29,118 nucleotides of DNA, from the IMG/VR virus record IMGVR_UViG_3300044841_000106, positions 1-29,118 of that record; one strand, 5' to 3'. This document shows positions 17,203-25,525 of the stretch, in pieces. The translations under genes were made by a program, and so were the position numbers. This DNA is from a virus (Duplodnaviria; Caudoviricetes). Under the pieces are notes generated by a model that saw nothing but the letters and a program-made list of their open reading frames with translations, was not told the DNA's origin and did not search any database. How positions within the stretch are numbered: the first letter of the stretch is position 1; each line of letters opens with the position of its first letter.

Positions 17203-19164
17203 ATGAAAAAACTCCTCCTCGCCATCGCCCTTCTCGCCCTCCCCGCTACCGCTCTTGCCGCTCCCGTATCGTGGGATTACACGACCAACCTCCTTCAGCC
17301 TTTGCAGTCAGGCTGGAACGCGCTTGTGAAGGCGGCACGTTTTCAGGCGACCAGCACCACGGCCTCAATCTTTCCCTACGCCTCTACGACCGTGACATCC
17401 GCCGCGAAGTTCTGCCTCACGGGAGACCTGCCCTGTATCAGCGCATGGCCCACGGGCGGCGGCGGCAATGCGTTCGCCTACTTGTTCCCGTCGAACGCCA
17501 CCACCACGAGTATCGCTTTCAACGGCGGTCTCACGGGCGTTCTCACAGGCTCGCTTGTAGGAAACGCCGACACCGCAACGGCGCTTGCGGCGAATGGTGC
17601 CAACTGTTCCTCTGGGAACGCACCGCTTGGCGTCAATGCATCGGGAGCCGTTGAGAGCTGCTTTGACGTGTGGACGCAGGCCGAGAACACATCAGCCGCT
17701 TATCTTTCCTCAATCGTGGTGGACAGTCCTCTCTCCGGCGCCGGGACTTCTGCCTCGCACCTCACGATAAGCACTTCAGGAACGTGGAGCGGCAACGCAG
17801 GAACCGCAACTGCATTAGCGGCCAATGGAACGAACTGCACCAGCCAGGCCGCAACCGGCGTAGACGCAAGCGGCAACGCGGAGGGGTGCTTTACTGTCTC
17901 GACCTTCCTCTACCCATTCCCCTCCAACGCCACCTCAACCTCAATCGCATTCAACGGAGGACTGACAGGTGTACTCACAGGAAGCCTCGTTGGAAACGCA
18001 AGCACGGCAACCGCTCTTGCAGCTAATGGCACGAACGCTTCTGCCGGAAATGCAATCTTGGGAGTAGATGCATCAGGCAACGCCGAAGGAGCCTTTGACG
18101 TGTGGACGGAGGCGGAGAACACCGCCGCCGCCTATGCCGCACAAGCTACGACAATCACGGTCAACGGAACGGCGAATCAAATCACGTCCTCGGCGGGCGC
18201 TCAATCACTGGCTGCCAACCGCACATGGACCCTTTCAATCCCGTCCCAATTCAATATTCAAAACGCCTCGACCACCAACCTTTCAGCAAACACGCTTGCT
18301 GTAGGCGGCACGGGCACGACATCCATAGCCCTGGACGGCACGCTCAAGATTCAAACGCTCACAGGGCTTCTTAAGGCGGCATCAGGCGTCGTCTCCACCG
18401 CCTCCAATGGCACGGACTACACCCTGGTATCGGCTCAGAGCTGCACCAACCAAGTGATAACGGCTCTTACGGCGTCAGGAGCCTCCACATGCTCCTCGAT
18501 CGCCAATGCAATGATTACCAACGGTACGATTGACCTCACTACGAAGGTAACGGGCGTACTTCCGATAGCGAACGGCGGCACTAACGCCTCCTCGTTCGGA
18601 ACCTCAAATGGCATTACGGCTTACGATGGCACACGTTTGGTCAACTTCGCTGGCTACACTCTCACCAGCCTTCTGTTAACAATCACTAACGCCTCGACAA
18701 CAGCGCTTACGGCCTCCAGCTTCTTCCAAATTCCCAACAGTACCTCGCAGTCCCCTTTGCTTGCAGGAGCGTGCGGATGGGACACGACTTCCGGCCAGTT
18801 CAAATGCGGCGATGGCACAGCCACCCAAGTAATCGGCAACGGCAAATTCTACCCGTCTTTTACCTACGCGACCTCGACCGCTTGGACTGGAACGACAACA
18901 ATCCCGCTTGGTCCGGCCTACATAGGAGAGACGTGGAACGGCGTGCAGTGCTTCACTGATACGGGCACACTCGGCGTTTCTTTTTACGACGGCACTAACC
19001 GAATGAGCTACATCCCGACCGCTTCAACAACGGTCAACATCAATGCCCTCACCACGAACAATACGTTCACCGCGTCGGAGAAACGCTACGTTGATATAGG
19101 CACGCCCGCTTCAAGCCCCACCCGTATATCGTGCACCGTTAGCAAGTCCTACACTGCCGACTAA
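17203..19164 (+). CDS. Signal-peptide-bearing fibre/adhesin-like repeat protein
   Basis: MKKLLLAIALLALPATALA-A Sec signal; Thr/Ser/Ala/Gly-rich; VTGVLPIANGGT fibre motif; internal repeats. Confidence 0.85.
   Translation: MKKLLLAIALLALPATALAAPVSWDYTTNLLQPLQSGWNALVKAARFQATSTTASIFPYASTTVTSAAKFCLTGDLPCISAWPTGGGGNAFAYLFPSNATTTSIAFNGGLTGVLTGSLVGNADTATALAANGANCSSGNAPLGVNASGAVESCFDVWTQAENTSAAYLSSIVVDSPLSGAGTSASHLTISTSGTWSGNAGTATALAANGTNCTSQAATGVDASGNAEGCFTVSTFLYPFPSNATSTSIAFNGGLTGVLTGSLVGNASTATALAANGTNASAGNAILGVDASGNAEGAFDVWTEAENTAAAYAAQATTITVNGTANQITSSAGAQSLAANRTWTLSIPSQFNIQNASTTNLSANTLAVGGTGTTSIALDGTLKIQTLTGLLKAASGVVSTASNGTDYTLVSAQSCTNQVITALTASGASTCSSIANAMITNGTIDLTTKVTGVLPIANGGTNASSFGTSNGITAYDGTRLVNFAGYTLTSLLLTITNASTTALTASSFFQIPNSTSQSPLLAGACGWDTTSGQFKCGDGTATQVIGNGKFYPSFTYATSTAWTGTTTIPLGPAYIGETWNGVQCFTDTGTLGVSFYDGTNRMSYIPTASTTVNINALTTNNTFTASEKRYVDIGTPASSPTRISCTVSKSYTAD
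17473..18135 (+). repeat. Intragenic 231-nt (77-aa) repeat x2 (17473-17703, 17905-18135) with a partial copy at 17791-17892
   Basis: FPSNAT.TSIAFNGGLTGVLTGSLVGNA.TATALAANG...FDVWT.AENT.AAY in both full copies; DNA differs at synonymous sites. Confidence 0.92.
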
Positions 19165-19167
19165 AAT

Positions 19168-19869
19168 ATGAAACTCATCCTCGCAGTTCTGCTTAGCGCT
19201 TCGCTCCTCTTCCTTGCTGCTCCTATTGCACAGGCGGCCGTCATCTTCTCAGACAACTTCGACAGCTACTCCAATGCCGACTTGGTGGGTCAAGGTAGTT
19301 GGGGAAGCTCTGGTACTGCCGGGCCGCCAGGTTACGCCAGCTTTGATGTGCAAAGCACAGTCGTTCAGGCAGGTGCCAAAGCCGTTTCTGTAACGAATAA
19401 CGTCAACGGCAACGGTTTCCCGATTCGCAACATCACCGCGAGCAGCGGCACCATTCTCTCAAGCATTTATGGTCGCCAGACGCAGGCCAGCGCGCTAGGT
19501 CTCTACTTCGGCACTACTGACGCCGAAGGTGACGGCTGGTATTTGCGCTTCAACAACGACAACACGTTTGTACTCATTGACAGCACCACCTTTGCTAATT
19601 CCACGACCGTCGGAGGCGGCTGGTCGGTCAACACCTGGTACAAGCTGGAAGTCGAAGTAGACACGGCAAACGACAGGGCGCGCGGGCGCATCGACGGGGG
19701 CACTTGGTCATCATACGTGTCCAATTCCTCCTTCGGCACCCAAGTATCGAGAGTGCAGCCGGTTATCGGAGGTAACTTCGGAGGCACCACCTATTTCGAT
19801 ACCTTGGTGGTCGAGGACAGCCCGGTTGTCGCAGCGCCGGCAGCAGAGCAAATCATCTTCTTTGAGTAG
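19168..19869 (+). CDS. Secreted concanavalin/LamG-like beta-sandwich protein
   Basis: Sec signal ending AQA-A; FSDNFDSY start, NTWYKLEVEVD, TTYFDTLVV end. Confidence 0.75.
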   Translation: MKLILAVLLSASLLFLAAPIAQAAVIFSDNFDSYSNADLVGQGSWGSSGTAGPPGYASFDVQSTVVQAGAKAVSVTNNVNGNGFPIRNITASSGTILSSIYGRQTQASALGLYFGTTDAEGDGWYLRFNNDNTFVLIDSTTFANSTTVGGGWSVNTWYKLEVEVDTANDRARGRIDGGTWSSYVSNSSFGTQVSRVQPVIGGNFGGTTYFDTLVVEDSPVVAAPAAEQIIFFE

Positions 19870-19874
19870 TCGCG

Positions 19875-19913
19875 CTATCCCCACCCTAGACACGCTCTAA
19901 CGGGTGATAACAT
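19875..19913 (+). promoter_or_regulatory. Lysis promoter: CTATCCCCA box, TAGACA-N15-TAACAT (TG-extended); likely leaderless GTG at 19920
   Basis: Intergenic; 6 nt from -10 to start codon. Confidence 0.6.
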
Positions 19914-19919
19914 TACAAC

Positions 19920-21188
19920 GTGAACCACAAGAATACCGGCCTCAAATTAGAGCCCATCGTCCTCGGCGAACATTTCATCCTCGGCAGTTCGGTATCTCTC
20001 GGAGGCGGCGAAATACTTCAGCCAGACGGACAGTGGGACGAGTACCTTCCTACAAAGGATGAATTTCAAACGCTCACCGACCGCGATCCGCTTGCTTGCA
20101 CTTTGTTCGGCACCACCAACGCAATTGAGATTTTAATACGCCGCGTCTACGGCACCGAGCGCAATTACTCCGATCGTTGGCTTGCCAAGGCGACCGACAC
20201 CGACAAGAAGGGTGGCAACGACCCGCACGCGGTAGCAGAGTTCATCCGCAAGAACGGCGTGGTCGAGGAGAGCGTGTGGCCTCTGAAGGGCATCAAAACC
20301 TTTGCGGAGTTTTACGCCAACTTCCCCCAGAACCTCTACCAGCTCGCCCTCTCGTTCATCAGCGAGTTCGCCTTCGGCCACGAGTGGGTGCCGACCTACC
20401 AAGTGAACATCAAGGAGGCGCAGGCCGCGCTTATGGAGGGCCTGAAGTACTCCCCGCTTGGCGTGTCAGTCTACGCGTGGGAGCGCCGGCAGGACGGCAT
20501 CTATTACAAGCCCAAGAACGCTCCAGGCGATACACACTTCCCAGTTTGCTACGGTTACGAGGAGGGCAAATATTGGAAGATCCTCGACAGCTATGATCAG
20601 CCTCTGAAGCGGTATACATGGGACAGCATCTTTGGCGTAGCGAAGCGCTACACGCTAGATCGACAAGTTATAAACGAGGGAGCCTTTGCGACCTTCCTGA
20701 AATGGCTCAAGGCGCTGGTGCTTGGCACTCCTAAGCCCCCAGAAACACCCCCTGTGACGCCACAGGAGCCCATTACAGAGCCGCAAACCCCGCCTGCGCC
20801 TCCTACACCGTCCCCTGCCCCAACGCCCTCAAAGCTGCAAACTTTCTGCCTCGCCATCAAGCAGCACGAAGGGTGGTTTCCCGGCTCTCGTTCGCAGAAG
20901 AACAACAACCCCGGCAACTGCCGTTTCAGCTCGCAGGGATACCTGCCCATCTACGGCCATGTAGGGAAAGACCCGCAGAGCTTCGCCATCTTCAAGGACT
21001 ACGCGACGGGCTACCTCTACCTACAGAATTTGGTGAAGTCGAAAATCAGTGTGAACCCGAAACAGAGCTTCTACGCTTTCTTCGAGGTGTACGCGCCGAG
21101 CTTCGAGAACGACTCAAAGCACTACGCCGAGGTGGTCGCCAAAGCGTGTGGCGTCTCGCCTTCCGATCCAGTTTCCAAGATTTTATGA
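19920..21188 (+). CDS. Putative endolysin: papain-like cysteine peptidase, Pro-rich linker, NNPGN lysozyme-like domain
   Basis: Q...ACT (Cys), THFPVCYGY (His), WKILDSY; C-terminal HEG...NNPGN...YAP..END; holin two genes downstream. Confidence 0.75.
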   Translation: MNHKNTGLKLEPIVLGEHFILGSSVSLGGGEILQPDGQWDEYLPTKDEFQTLTDRDPLACTLFGTTNAIEILIRRVYGTERNYSDRWLAKATDTDKKGGNDPHAVAEFIRKNGVVEESVWPLKGIKTFAEFYANFPQNLYQLALSFISEFAFGHEWVPTYQVNIKEAQAALMEGLKYSPLGVSVYAWERRQDGIYYKPKNAPGDTHFPVCYGYEEGKYWKILDSYDQPLKRYTWDSIFGVAKRYTLDRQVINEGAFATFLKWLKALVLGTPKPPETPPVTPQEPITEPQTPPAPPTPSPAPTPSKLQTFCLAIKQHEGWFPGSRSQKNNNPGNCRFSSQGYLPIYGHVGKDPQSFAIFKDYATGYLYLQNLVKSKISVNPKQSFYAFFEVYAPSFENDSKHYAEVVAKACGVSPSDPVSKIL

Positions 21189-21376
21189 AAAAGCCCAAGG
21201 AGAAAATGTATATCGTTAGCAAGTACGTCATGGCTGACAGTGTGGCCCAAGCCATCCGCAGAGAGCCCAAGCAGCCCGTCCATGAGGTATTTGTGGACGA
21301 CGACTGGCGCAAGAACAACACCGACCGCCTCGCAGATGCCGTGGGCTTCGTTCAAGTTCCTAAAGAGACCGACTAG
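21185..21376 (+). CDS. Small hypothetical protein, 63 aa
   Basis: ATGA overlap with lysin stop; MKKPKEKMYIVSKYVMA... Confidence 0.7.
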   Translation: MKKPKEKMYIVSKYVMADSVAQAIRREPKQPVHEVFVDDDWRKNNTDRLADAVGFVQVPKETD

Positions 21377-21471
21377 TGCCGCGTAGCTCCTTGGCCGCTC
21401 CCTCCAAATTAAACGCAGGGCATCGCGGCCAAGAAGGTGCTCAGCACCGATTATCAATAAAACAAATTCGC

Positions 21472-21663
21472 ATGAGCCAAATTTACGTTTCAGCAGTGGT
21501 CGCAATTTTAGCCCAGGTGCTTCCTCATCTTGGCGTTCAAGTCGGCAGCGACGAACTGACCACGCTAGTGTCTAACATCGTGACGGTAGGAGCCGCCCTC
21601 TGGGTCATTATCCGCCGTTACAAGCAGGGTGACATCAACGCTTTGGGCGCACGCAAAAGCTAA
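21472..21663 (+). CDS. Putative holin, 63 aa, two TM helices
   Basis: Start moved to ATG 21472; two hydrophobic helices and basic C-terminal tail; downstream of lysin. Confidence 0.75.
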   Translation: MSQIYVSAVVAILAQVLPHLGVQVGSDELTTLVSNIVTVGAALWVIIRRYKQGDINALGARKS

Positions 21664-21878
21664 TGGACTTCGACACCGAGCGACAAAAGAAGTTCGACCG
21701 TGGACATAACGAGCACCAGGAGCCGTGGGACGCCGCGCACATTGACTGGCGCAAGGAGCTTCAAGGGGAGCTGCTGGACGCCTACAATTACGCTGACCTG
21801 TGCCCCGATGAAGTCCTCAAGGTTCGCATCCAACTGTGGTGTAGGGATATTTGGGCCGAACTGGACGCCCTAGAATAG
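21663..21878 (+). CDS. Small all-alpha protein, possibly NTP-pyrophosphatase (MazG-like) superfamily
   Basis: TAATG coupling; DWRKELQGELLDAYNYA acidic helix. Confidence 0.55.
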   Translation: MDFDTERQKKFDRGHNEHQEPWDAAHIDWRKELQGELLDAYNYADLCPDEVLKVRIQLWCRDIWAELDALE

Positions 21879-21931
21879 GCCCTGTGGCCTCGTATACGCC
21901 TCTGTGACGCACGCAGCCCTGAGAAACGATA

Positions 21932-21964
21932 TTCCCCTCATCCGTTGTGGAGAGGGGACTTTTC
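21932..21964 (+). terminator. Intrinsic terminator ending late operon
   Basis: TCCCCTC(a)TCC-gttgt-GGAGAGGGGA then CTTTT. Confidence 0.65.
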
Positions 21965-22108
21965 GCAGGCTTTGGGGTTAGACGGCCTCTAGGAGATAAA
22001 GCGCAATACAGGTGCGCTTGATTAAATTATGTTTGCGGCCGTCATGGAGAGCCTGCGAAAATTGTATCATGGGCTTTTGTGCTATCTTCTAGGCCGGAGG
22101 AGTGTTCG

Positions 22109-22720
22109 ATGCCTAGCAAACAAACAAAGCCAGTCCGGCTGACGCGCAAGCAGGTCAAGCTCAAGTCCGAAATCGACGCCATAGCCGCGATTGCCGGTAG
22201 TGACCATCGGATGATCGAGCACTACGAGCCCGCGCGGCGAACAACCAAGCTGGTATCTATGAAGGACCAGCTTGTACGCGGTCGCGTCATCATGCGCTAT
22301 ACCCAGTTGGACGAACTTTTGTCCTGTGTAATAACGAAGGCATATTTTCCAACGACCAAGCGTCCGTCAGATCACAAGCGCCTTTGGCGCACGAAACGCT
22401 TTCGCGTGTTTGCTCATCACATCCTTGACGGCCTATACCTGCTGAATAAGTTGCGGCTTGTGCACGACCTCAGGCCTGTTGCGTCGGAGGCGCGGGACAT
22501 CGTGGAGAAGCTCAACTCTGTGCGAAACGCGCTCGCGCACAGTTTTTATCCAGAGAATCGCTTCCAATACCGCAAACATAAAAAAGTGTTATGGCTTGGA
22601 CAGGACATTTTCTCGTTCACCGGCTTGACGGTTTTTGACTTGCAGTGCCAGCAGGCCGTCGATTATTTCTATCACCGAGCCTTTGGCGAAAAGTCCAAGT
22701 CGTTGACCGCGATCAAGTAG
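22109..22720 (+). CDS. HEPN-motif (MtlR/HEPN-like) accessory protein
   Basis: RxxxxH motif RNALAH; strong SD GGAGGAG before ATG 22109. Confidence 0.7.
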   Translation: MPSKQTKPVRLTRKQVKLKSEIDAIAAIAGSDHRMIEHYEPARRTTKLVSMKDQLVRGRVIMRYTQLDELLSCVITKAYFPTTKRPSDHKRLWRTKRFRVFAHHILDGLYLLNKLRLVHDLRPVASEARDIVEKLNSVRNALAHSFYPENRFQYRKHKKVLWLGQDIFSFTGLTVFDLQCQQAVDYFYHRAFGEKSKSLTAIK

Positions 22721-22975
22721 CGCTCGCTCAATCCAATACGTCGCAAATCAGATATTGTGCGACGCTTGTAAAAGCTCCGCCCCTTGCTCCCATTCCACTC
22801 CGTTTCCTTCTCCTCCTGGCATGGTGTCTGTCCGGGGGCTTGTTCCTTGGCTCTCCTCTCAGTGAGGTGGAATTAAACGGCGAAAATCAAATTTCGCGTT
22901 CATGCCTTGGTATCGTGAGGTATCCGTGTGGAGGCCAAGTTTTATCGTCCTGTGCCCGCAGGGACTAGGGCTTCT

Positions 22976-23036
22976 ACAAAGAAAGCCCGCCCGTAACGGC
23001 GAGCGAGCTTTCTCAGCACCCAGCCGTTACTAGGTC
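22976..23036 (-). ncRNA. Small structured RNA / attenuator with pseudoknot-capable terminator
   Basis: Minus strand: GTAACGGC is complementary to loop GCCGTTAC of 12-bp hairpin GAAAGCTCGCTC/GGGCGGGCTTTC followed by TTT; promoter directly upstream. Confidence 0.55.
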
Positions 23037-23041
23037 TCTGA

Positions 23042-23084
23042 ATTGTATCACGCACGAAATTCGTGCAAGAGTTCGTTATCCCCA
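23042..23084 (-). promoter_or_regulatory. Promoter: TGGGGATAA box, TTGCAC-N15-TACAAT (TG-extended), overlapped by palindrome GCACGAA-A-TTCGTGC
   Basis: Read directly; palindrome at 23052-23066. Confidence 0.65.
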
Positions 23085-23100
23085 ACCCCAAGGACACTCC

Positions 23101-23376
23101 ATGGATACCAACTGGGACCAGATACGACGAACCAAGTTCTCCAAAGAGAGCCCGCCCGGTTGGCCTGAAAACGTGAGCGGGATATCTATGAACGGCCTCA
23201 ATCTCCTCGGCATCCACACCGAGACTGGACGCCTCTACTGGGACGGCCATGAGGTGCTCACCCGCACCAAGTTCTCGCTAGCCACGCCGGAGAGGGTCTT
23301 AGCCTTCTTTGCTGCTGCCGGCACGTTCGGCACATTCCTGGTCAACGTAGGACGCTCGGCAGGATGGTGGCACTAG
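23101..23376 (+). CDS. Small accessory protein with C-terminal TM helix
   Basis: SD AAGGA; WPENVSGISMNGLNLLG...GRLYWDG then hydrophobic tail. Confidence 0.75.
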   Translation: MDTNWDQIRRTKFSKESPPGWPENVSGISMNGLNLLGIHTETGRLYWDGHEVLTRTKFSLATPERVLAFFAAAGTFGTFLVNVGRSAGWWH

Positions 23377-23389
23377 TGGGAATTTTCAG

Positions 23390-23908
23390 ATGACCAACAA
23401 CACTCAGGTCAACACTCTTGAGCATCTAGAATGGCTCATCGAGCGTCGATCCGACGTTCAACATACGCTCTTTGTCCTCTACAAGTTCGTATCCATTAGA
23501 AACAACGATGTTTTCGACCATGCTGATGACCTCATAGCATCCGCGTTCTCGCTTTGGCGCGCCGTATTTTTGGCCGAAGTTGAGCGCGACTGGGATTCAG
23601 TCAACAAGCACCAGCGGGACTTCCTCGCCAAAGTAATTGCCGACAATGCGATATCGTATGCCGATGACAAGAGTACGAGAGCGTGGAGCGTTGCCTATTA
23701 TCTCGACAACGCGAAATTCCGTCTCGATGGGCCGAGCCAAGACCTATTTGGAGAATCCCCACACCTGACCTACCAACACACGATGCTTGGTGATGTCGCC
23801 GCCACGCGCGAGGAGTGGGATCGAGTTCACGACTATCTGCGTATGCTCATCAATAAAATATGCGGCACAACCCTCACTCTCAGAGAGCCAATTAAGGGTA
23901 AGGGATAG
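23390..23908 (+). CDS. Hypothetical helical accessory protein
   Basis: 172-aa ORF ending at a terminator. Confidence 0.75.
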   Translation: MTNNTQVNTLEHLEWLIERRSDVQHTLFVLYKFVSIRNNDVFDHADDLIASAFSLWRAVFLAEVERDWDSVNKHQRDFLAKVIADNAISYADDKSTRAWSVAYYLDNAKFRLDGPSQDLFGESPHLTYQHTMLGDVAATREEWDRVHDYLRMLINKICGTTLTLREPIKGKG

Positions 23909-23909
23909 C

Positions 23910-23936
23910 AAAAGGCCCCGACGTGGGGCCTTGTTG
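23910..23936. terminator. Terminator-like hairpin between convergent genes
   Basis: AAGGCCCC-gacgt-GGGGCCTT with A/T-rich flanks. Confidence 0.7.
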
Positions 23937-23938
23937 CG

Positions 23939-24397
23939 TTAGAACGGCCCTTCGTCAATGTTGATGCCCTCAGCGACTTCCTCTGCGGAAAGCGTACGAG
24001 CTACAACCGCAGGCGGCTCTTGCTTAGGACGAATGATTATGAATCCGGCCGCGTCCTCTGCTACCACGTAGCCCTCGGGCACAAGGTTGAGCATCACGCC
24101 GCGCTTTCCGGCGAAGATGCCGCTCTCGACCGCCGCAGTTAGCAGTTTATCGACCCAGTTTTTGGTCTCCGTGCCGAAGGCATCAATGAGCGCGTTCTTG
24201 CTGGGGGAGTTGATGGCAAGATTGAACTCGCCTTCCATGCCCTTGACCTTGCACTTGGCGACCAACTGTTTTTCCTCTGGGTTAAGCGAGCTTGGCACCC
24301 ACTCCGCTTCAGTAGTGAGCTTGATGAGATCACCCGGCTTGAGGGCCTTCTTGTCGATCCACGAACCGCCTACCCCGCCTGATTTAGTTACTTCCAA
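23939..24397 (-). CDS. Putative ssDNA-binding protein, TTG start, 152 aa
   Basis: TTG 1 nt after HNH stop; acidic C-terminal tail INIDEGPF resembling SSB tips; function inferred. Confidence 0.6.
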   Translation of the reverse strand: MEVTKSGGVGGSWIDKKALKPGDLIKLTTEAEWVPSSLNPEEKQLVAKCKVKGMEGEFNLAINSPSKNALIDAFGTETKNWVDKLLTAAVESGIFAGKRGVMLNLVPEGYVVAEDAAGFIIIRPKQEPPAVVARTLSAEEVAEGINIDEGPF

Positions 24398-24398
24398 T

Positions 24399-24917
24399 TT
24401 AGTCGTTTGACGCTGACACCAACTCCACAAATTTTGGAATGAGCCGCTTCTCTTCCTCCCTCACTCTCGGGTGATGGGAGTGGCATAACGTGATGCCATT
24501 ATTAACTTGATAACGTAGCTCTGGATAATCGCGCCAAGCGAGGATGTGATGAGCCTCTATCCTCCCCGCACAGTTTGGATTGGCTGTCTTACATTTGAAG
24601 TTGTCTCGTAGCCAAACTGCTCTGCGCCAACCCACATATGCACTGTCGTTCCTAACCTGACGTTTTGCTAATAAACTCCTGTCCTTTTTGTAGTTAGGTG
24701 TTTGTGCACCCCTCAACCTGCTTTTGGTCACGCCAAGACATTTTCTAGAACAATGTTTCCCTGCGCCCCATTTCAGTTTGTACTCTTTTAACACGAAGCG
24801 TTGGCTGCAAGCACGGCATGAGACTTCTACTTGTTTTGCGTGTCCCTTATTCCAAGGGGTGGACCCTTTTTGGTATCGACTGGCTGTCCCAGCTTCCACC
24901 ATTTTCGTCCAGCGCAT
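24399..24917 (-). CDS. HNH homing-type endonuclease
   Basis: NUMOD3-like YQKGSTPWNKG; CxxC...HCSRKC; EAHHI...PELRYQVNNGITLCHSHH. Confidence 0.9.
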   Translation of the reverse strand: MRWTKMVEAGTASRYQKGSTPWNKGHAKQVEVSCRACSQRFVLKEYKLKWGAGKHCSRKCLGVTKSRLRGAQTPNYKKDRSLLAKRQVRNDSAYVGWRRAVWLRDNFKCKTANPNCAGRIEAHHILAWRDYPELRYQVNNGITLCHSHHPRVREEEKRLIPKFVELVSASND

Positions 24918-24922
24918 TGCAA

Positions 24923-25096
24923 TTAGAAATTATCGTCTTTTAATTGCTGTATCTCACCCTTCCTCAACTCGTATTTCTTCACCATGTCATTGTGTGCATC
25001 AATTACCAAGTTGGCGAACCCCTCGCCTATTTTGTTTTCCATCTCGATTTCTATGTATCCGAACTGCACCGTTGGCACTCGTATCACGGCCTTCAT
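24923..25096 (-). CDS. Small hypothetical protein, 57 aa (MKAVIRVPTVQFGYIEIE...), not in ORF track
   Basis: Manual translation; fills the operon gap. Confidence 0.7.
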   Translation of the reverse strand: MKAVIRVPTVQFGYIEIEMENKIGEGFANLVIDAHNDMVKKYELRKGEIQQLKDDNF

Positions 25097-25118
25097 AGAT
25101 TGTTTTGTTACCTAGTAA

Positions 25119-25346
25119 TCACCACCCTGCTCCCTTCGGCGCTTCCCCCTCATCTGCCGGCGTGTAGTCCCTGTTGGCCCACACGCCTTCCTTGAACTCT
25201 CGTATCAACCGCTCACGCGTCAAGGTTCTCTCGCCCTTGCTCATGGGGAAGCCGTGCGTCGTCTCGTATACCTGGTTACAGGCCTCTAGTTCGACTGCGA
25301 TGCTATCCAGCTCATCGTCTGTGAGCACGATGTCGGAGAACTTCAT
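25119..25346 (-). CDS. Hypothetical protein
   Basis: 75 aa; ATGA coupled to upstream gene. Confidence 0.7.
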   Translation of the reverse strand: MKFSDIVLTDDELDSIAVELEACNQVYETTHGFPMSKGERTLTRERLIREFKEGVWANRDYTPADEGEAPKGAGW

Positions 25347-25525
25347 ACGAGCGCGGGGTACGCCATCGCGTCTTGCTCAAGCGCCGCTACAGCACTTCGA
25401 GCCAGGACGAAACGCGCTCGCGCCGCGATGACCTTCTGAGCATGAGTATCCACCTTTTGCCGATGCGTAACTAGTTCATTCCACGCCTCATCTCTTTCAA
25501 GGCGAGCTTCTTCTAGTTCGTTCAT
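25343..25525 (-). CDS. Small coiled-coil protein
   Basis: 60 aa; ATGA coupled on both sides. Confidence 0.7.
   Translation of the reverse strand: MNELEEARLERDEAWNELVTHRQKVDTHAQKVIAARARFVLARSAVAALEQDAMAYPALV

Noticed and set aside
17473-18135. DGR template/variable repeat pair or CRISPR array
   Set aside because: Both copies are in frame in one protein, differences are not adenine-specific, no reverse transcriptase is present, and there is no repeat-spacer periodicity
17203-19164. N-glycosylation signal enrichment
   Set aside because: About 20 of ~47 Asn are in N-x-S/T by manual count, but the protein is very Ser/Thr-rich, so enrichment cannot be claimed without a test
21390-21435. Hairpin CTTGGCCGC/GCGGCCAAG upstream of the holin
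   Set aside because: The pairing is real, but there is no U tract, second copy or other support for a function
2463-21505. Many antisense and off-frame ORFs in the track (e.g. 2717-3121, 8761-9174, 11061-11582, 15574-16041)
   Set aside because: Shadows of real genes with biased codon usage; no motifs or initiation signals
24399-24917. HNH gene as part of an intron splitting the SSB-like gene
   Set aside because: Flanking genes are complete and only 1-5 nt away, leaving no room for a ribozyme; the ORF-track start at 24430 is an overlap artefact
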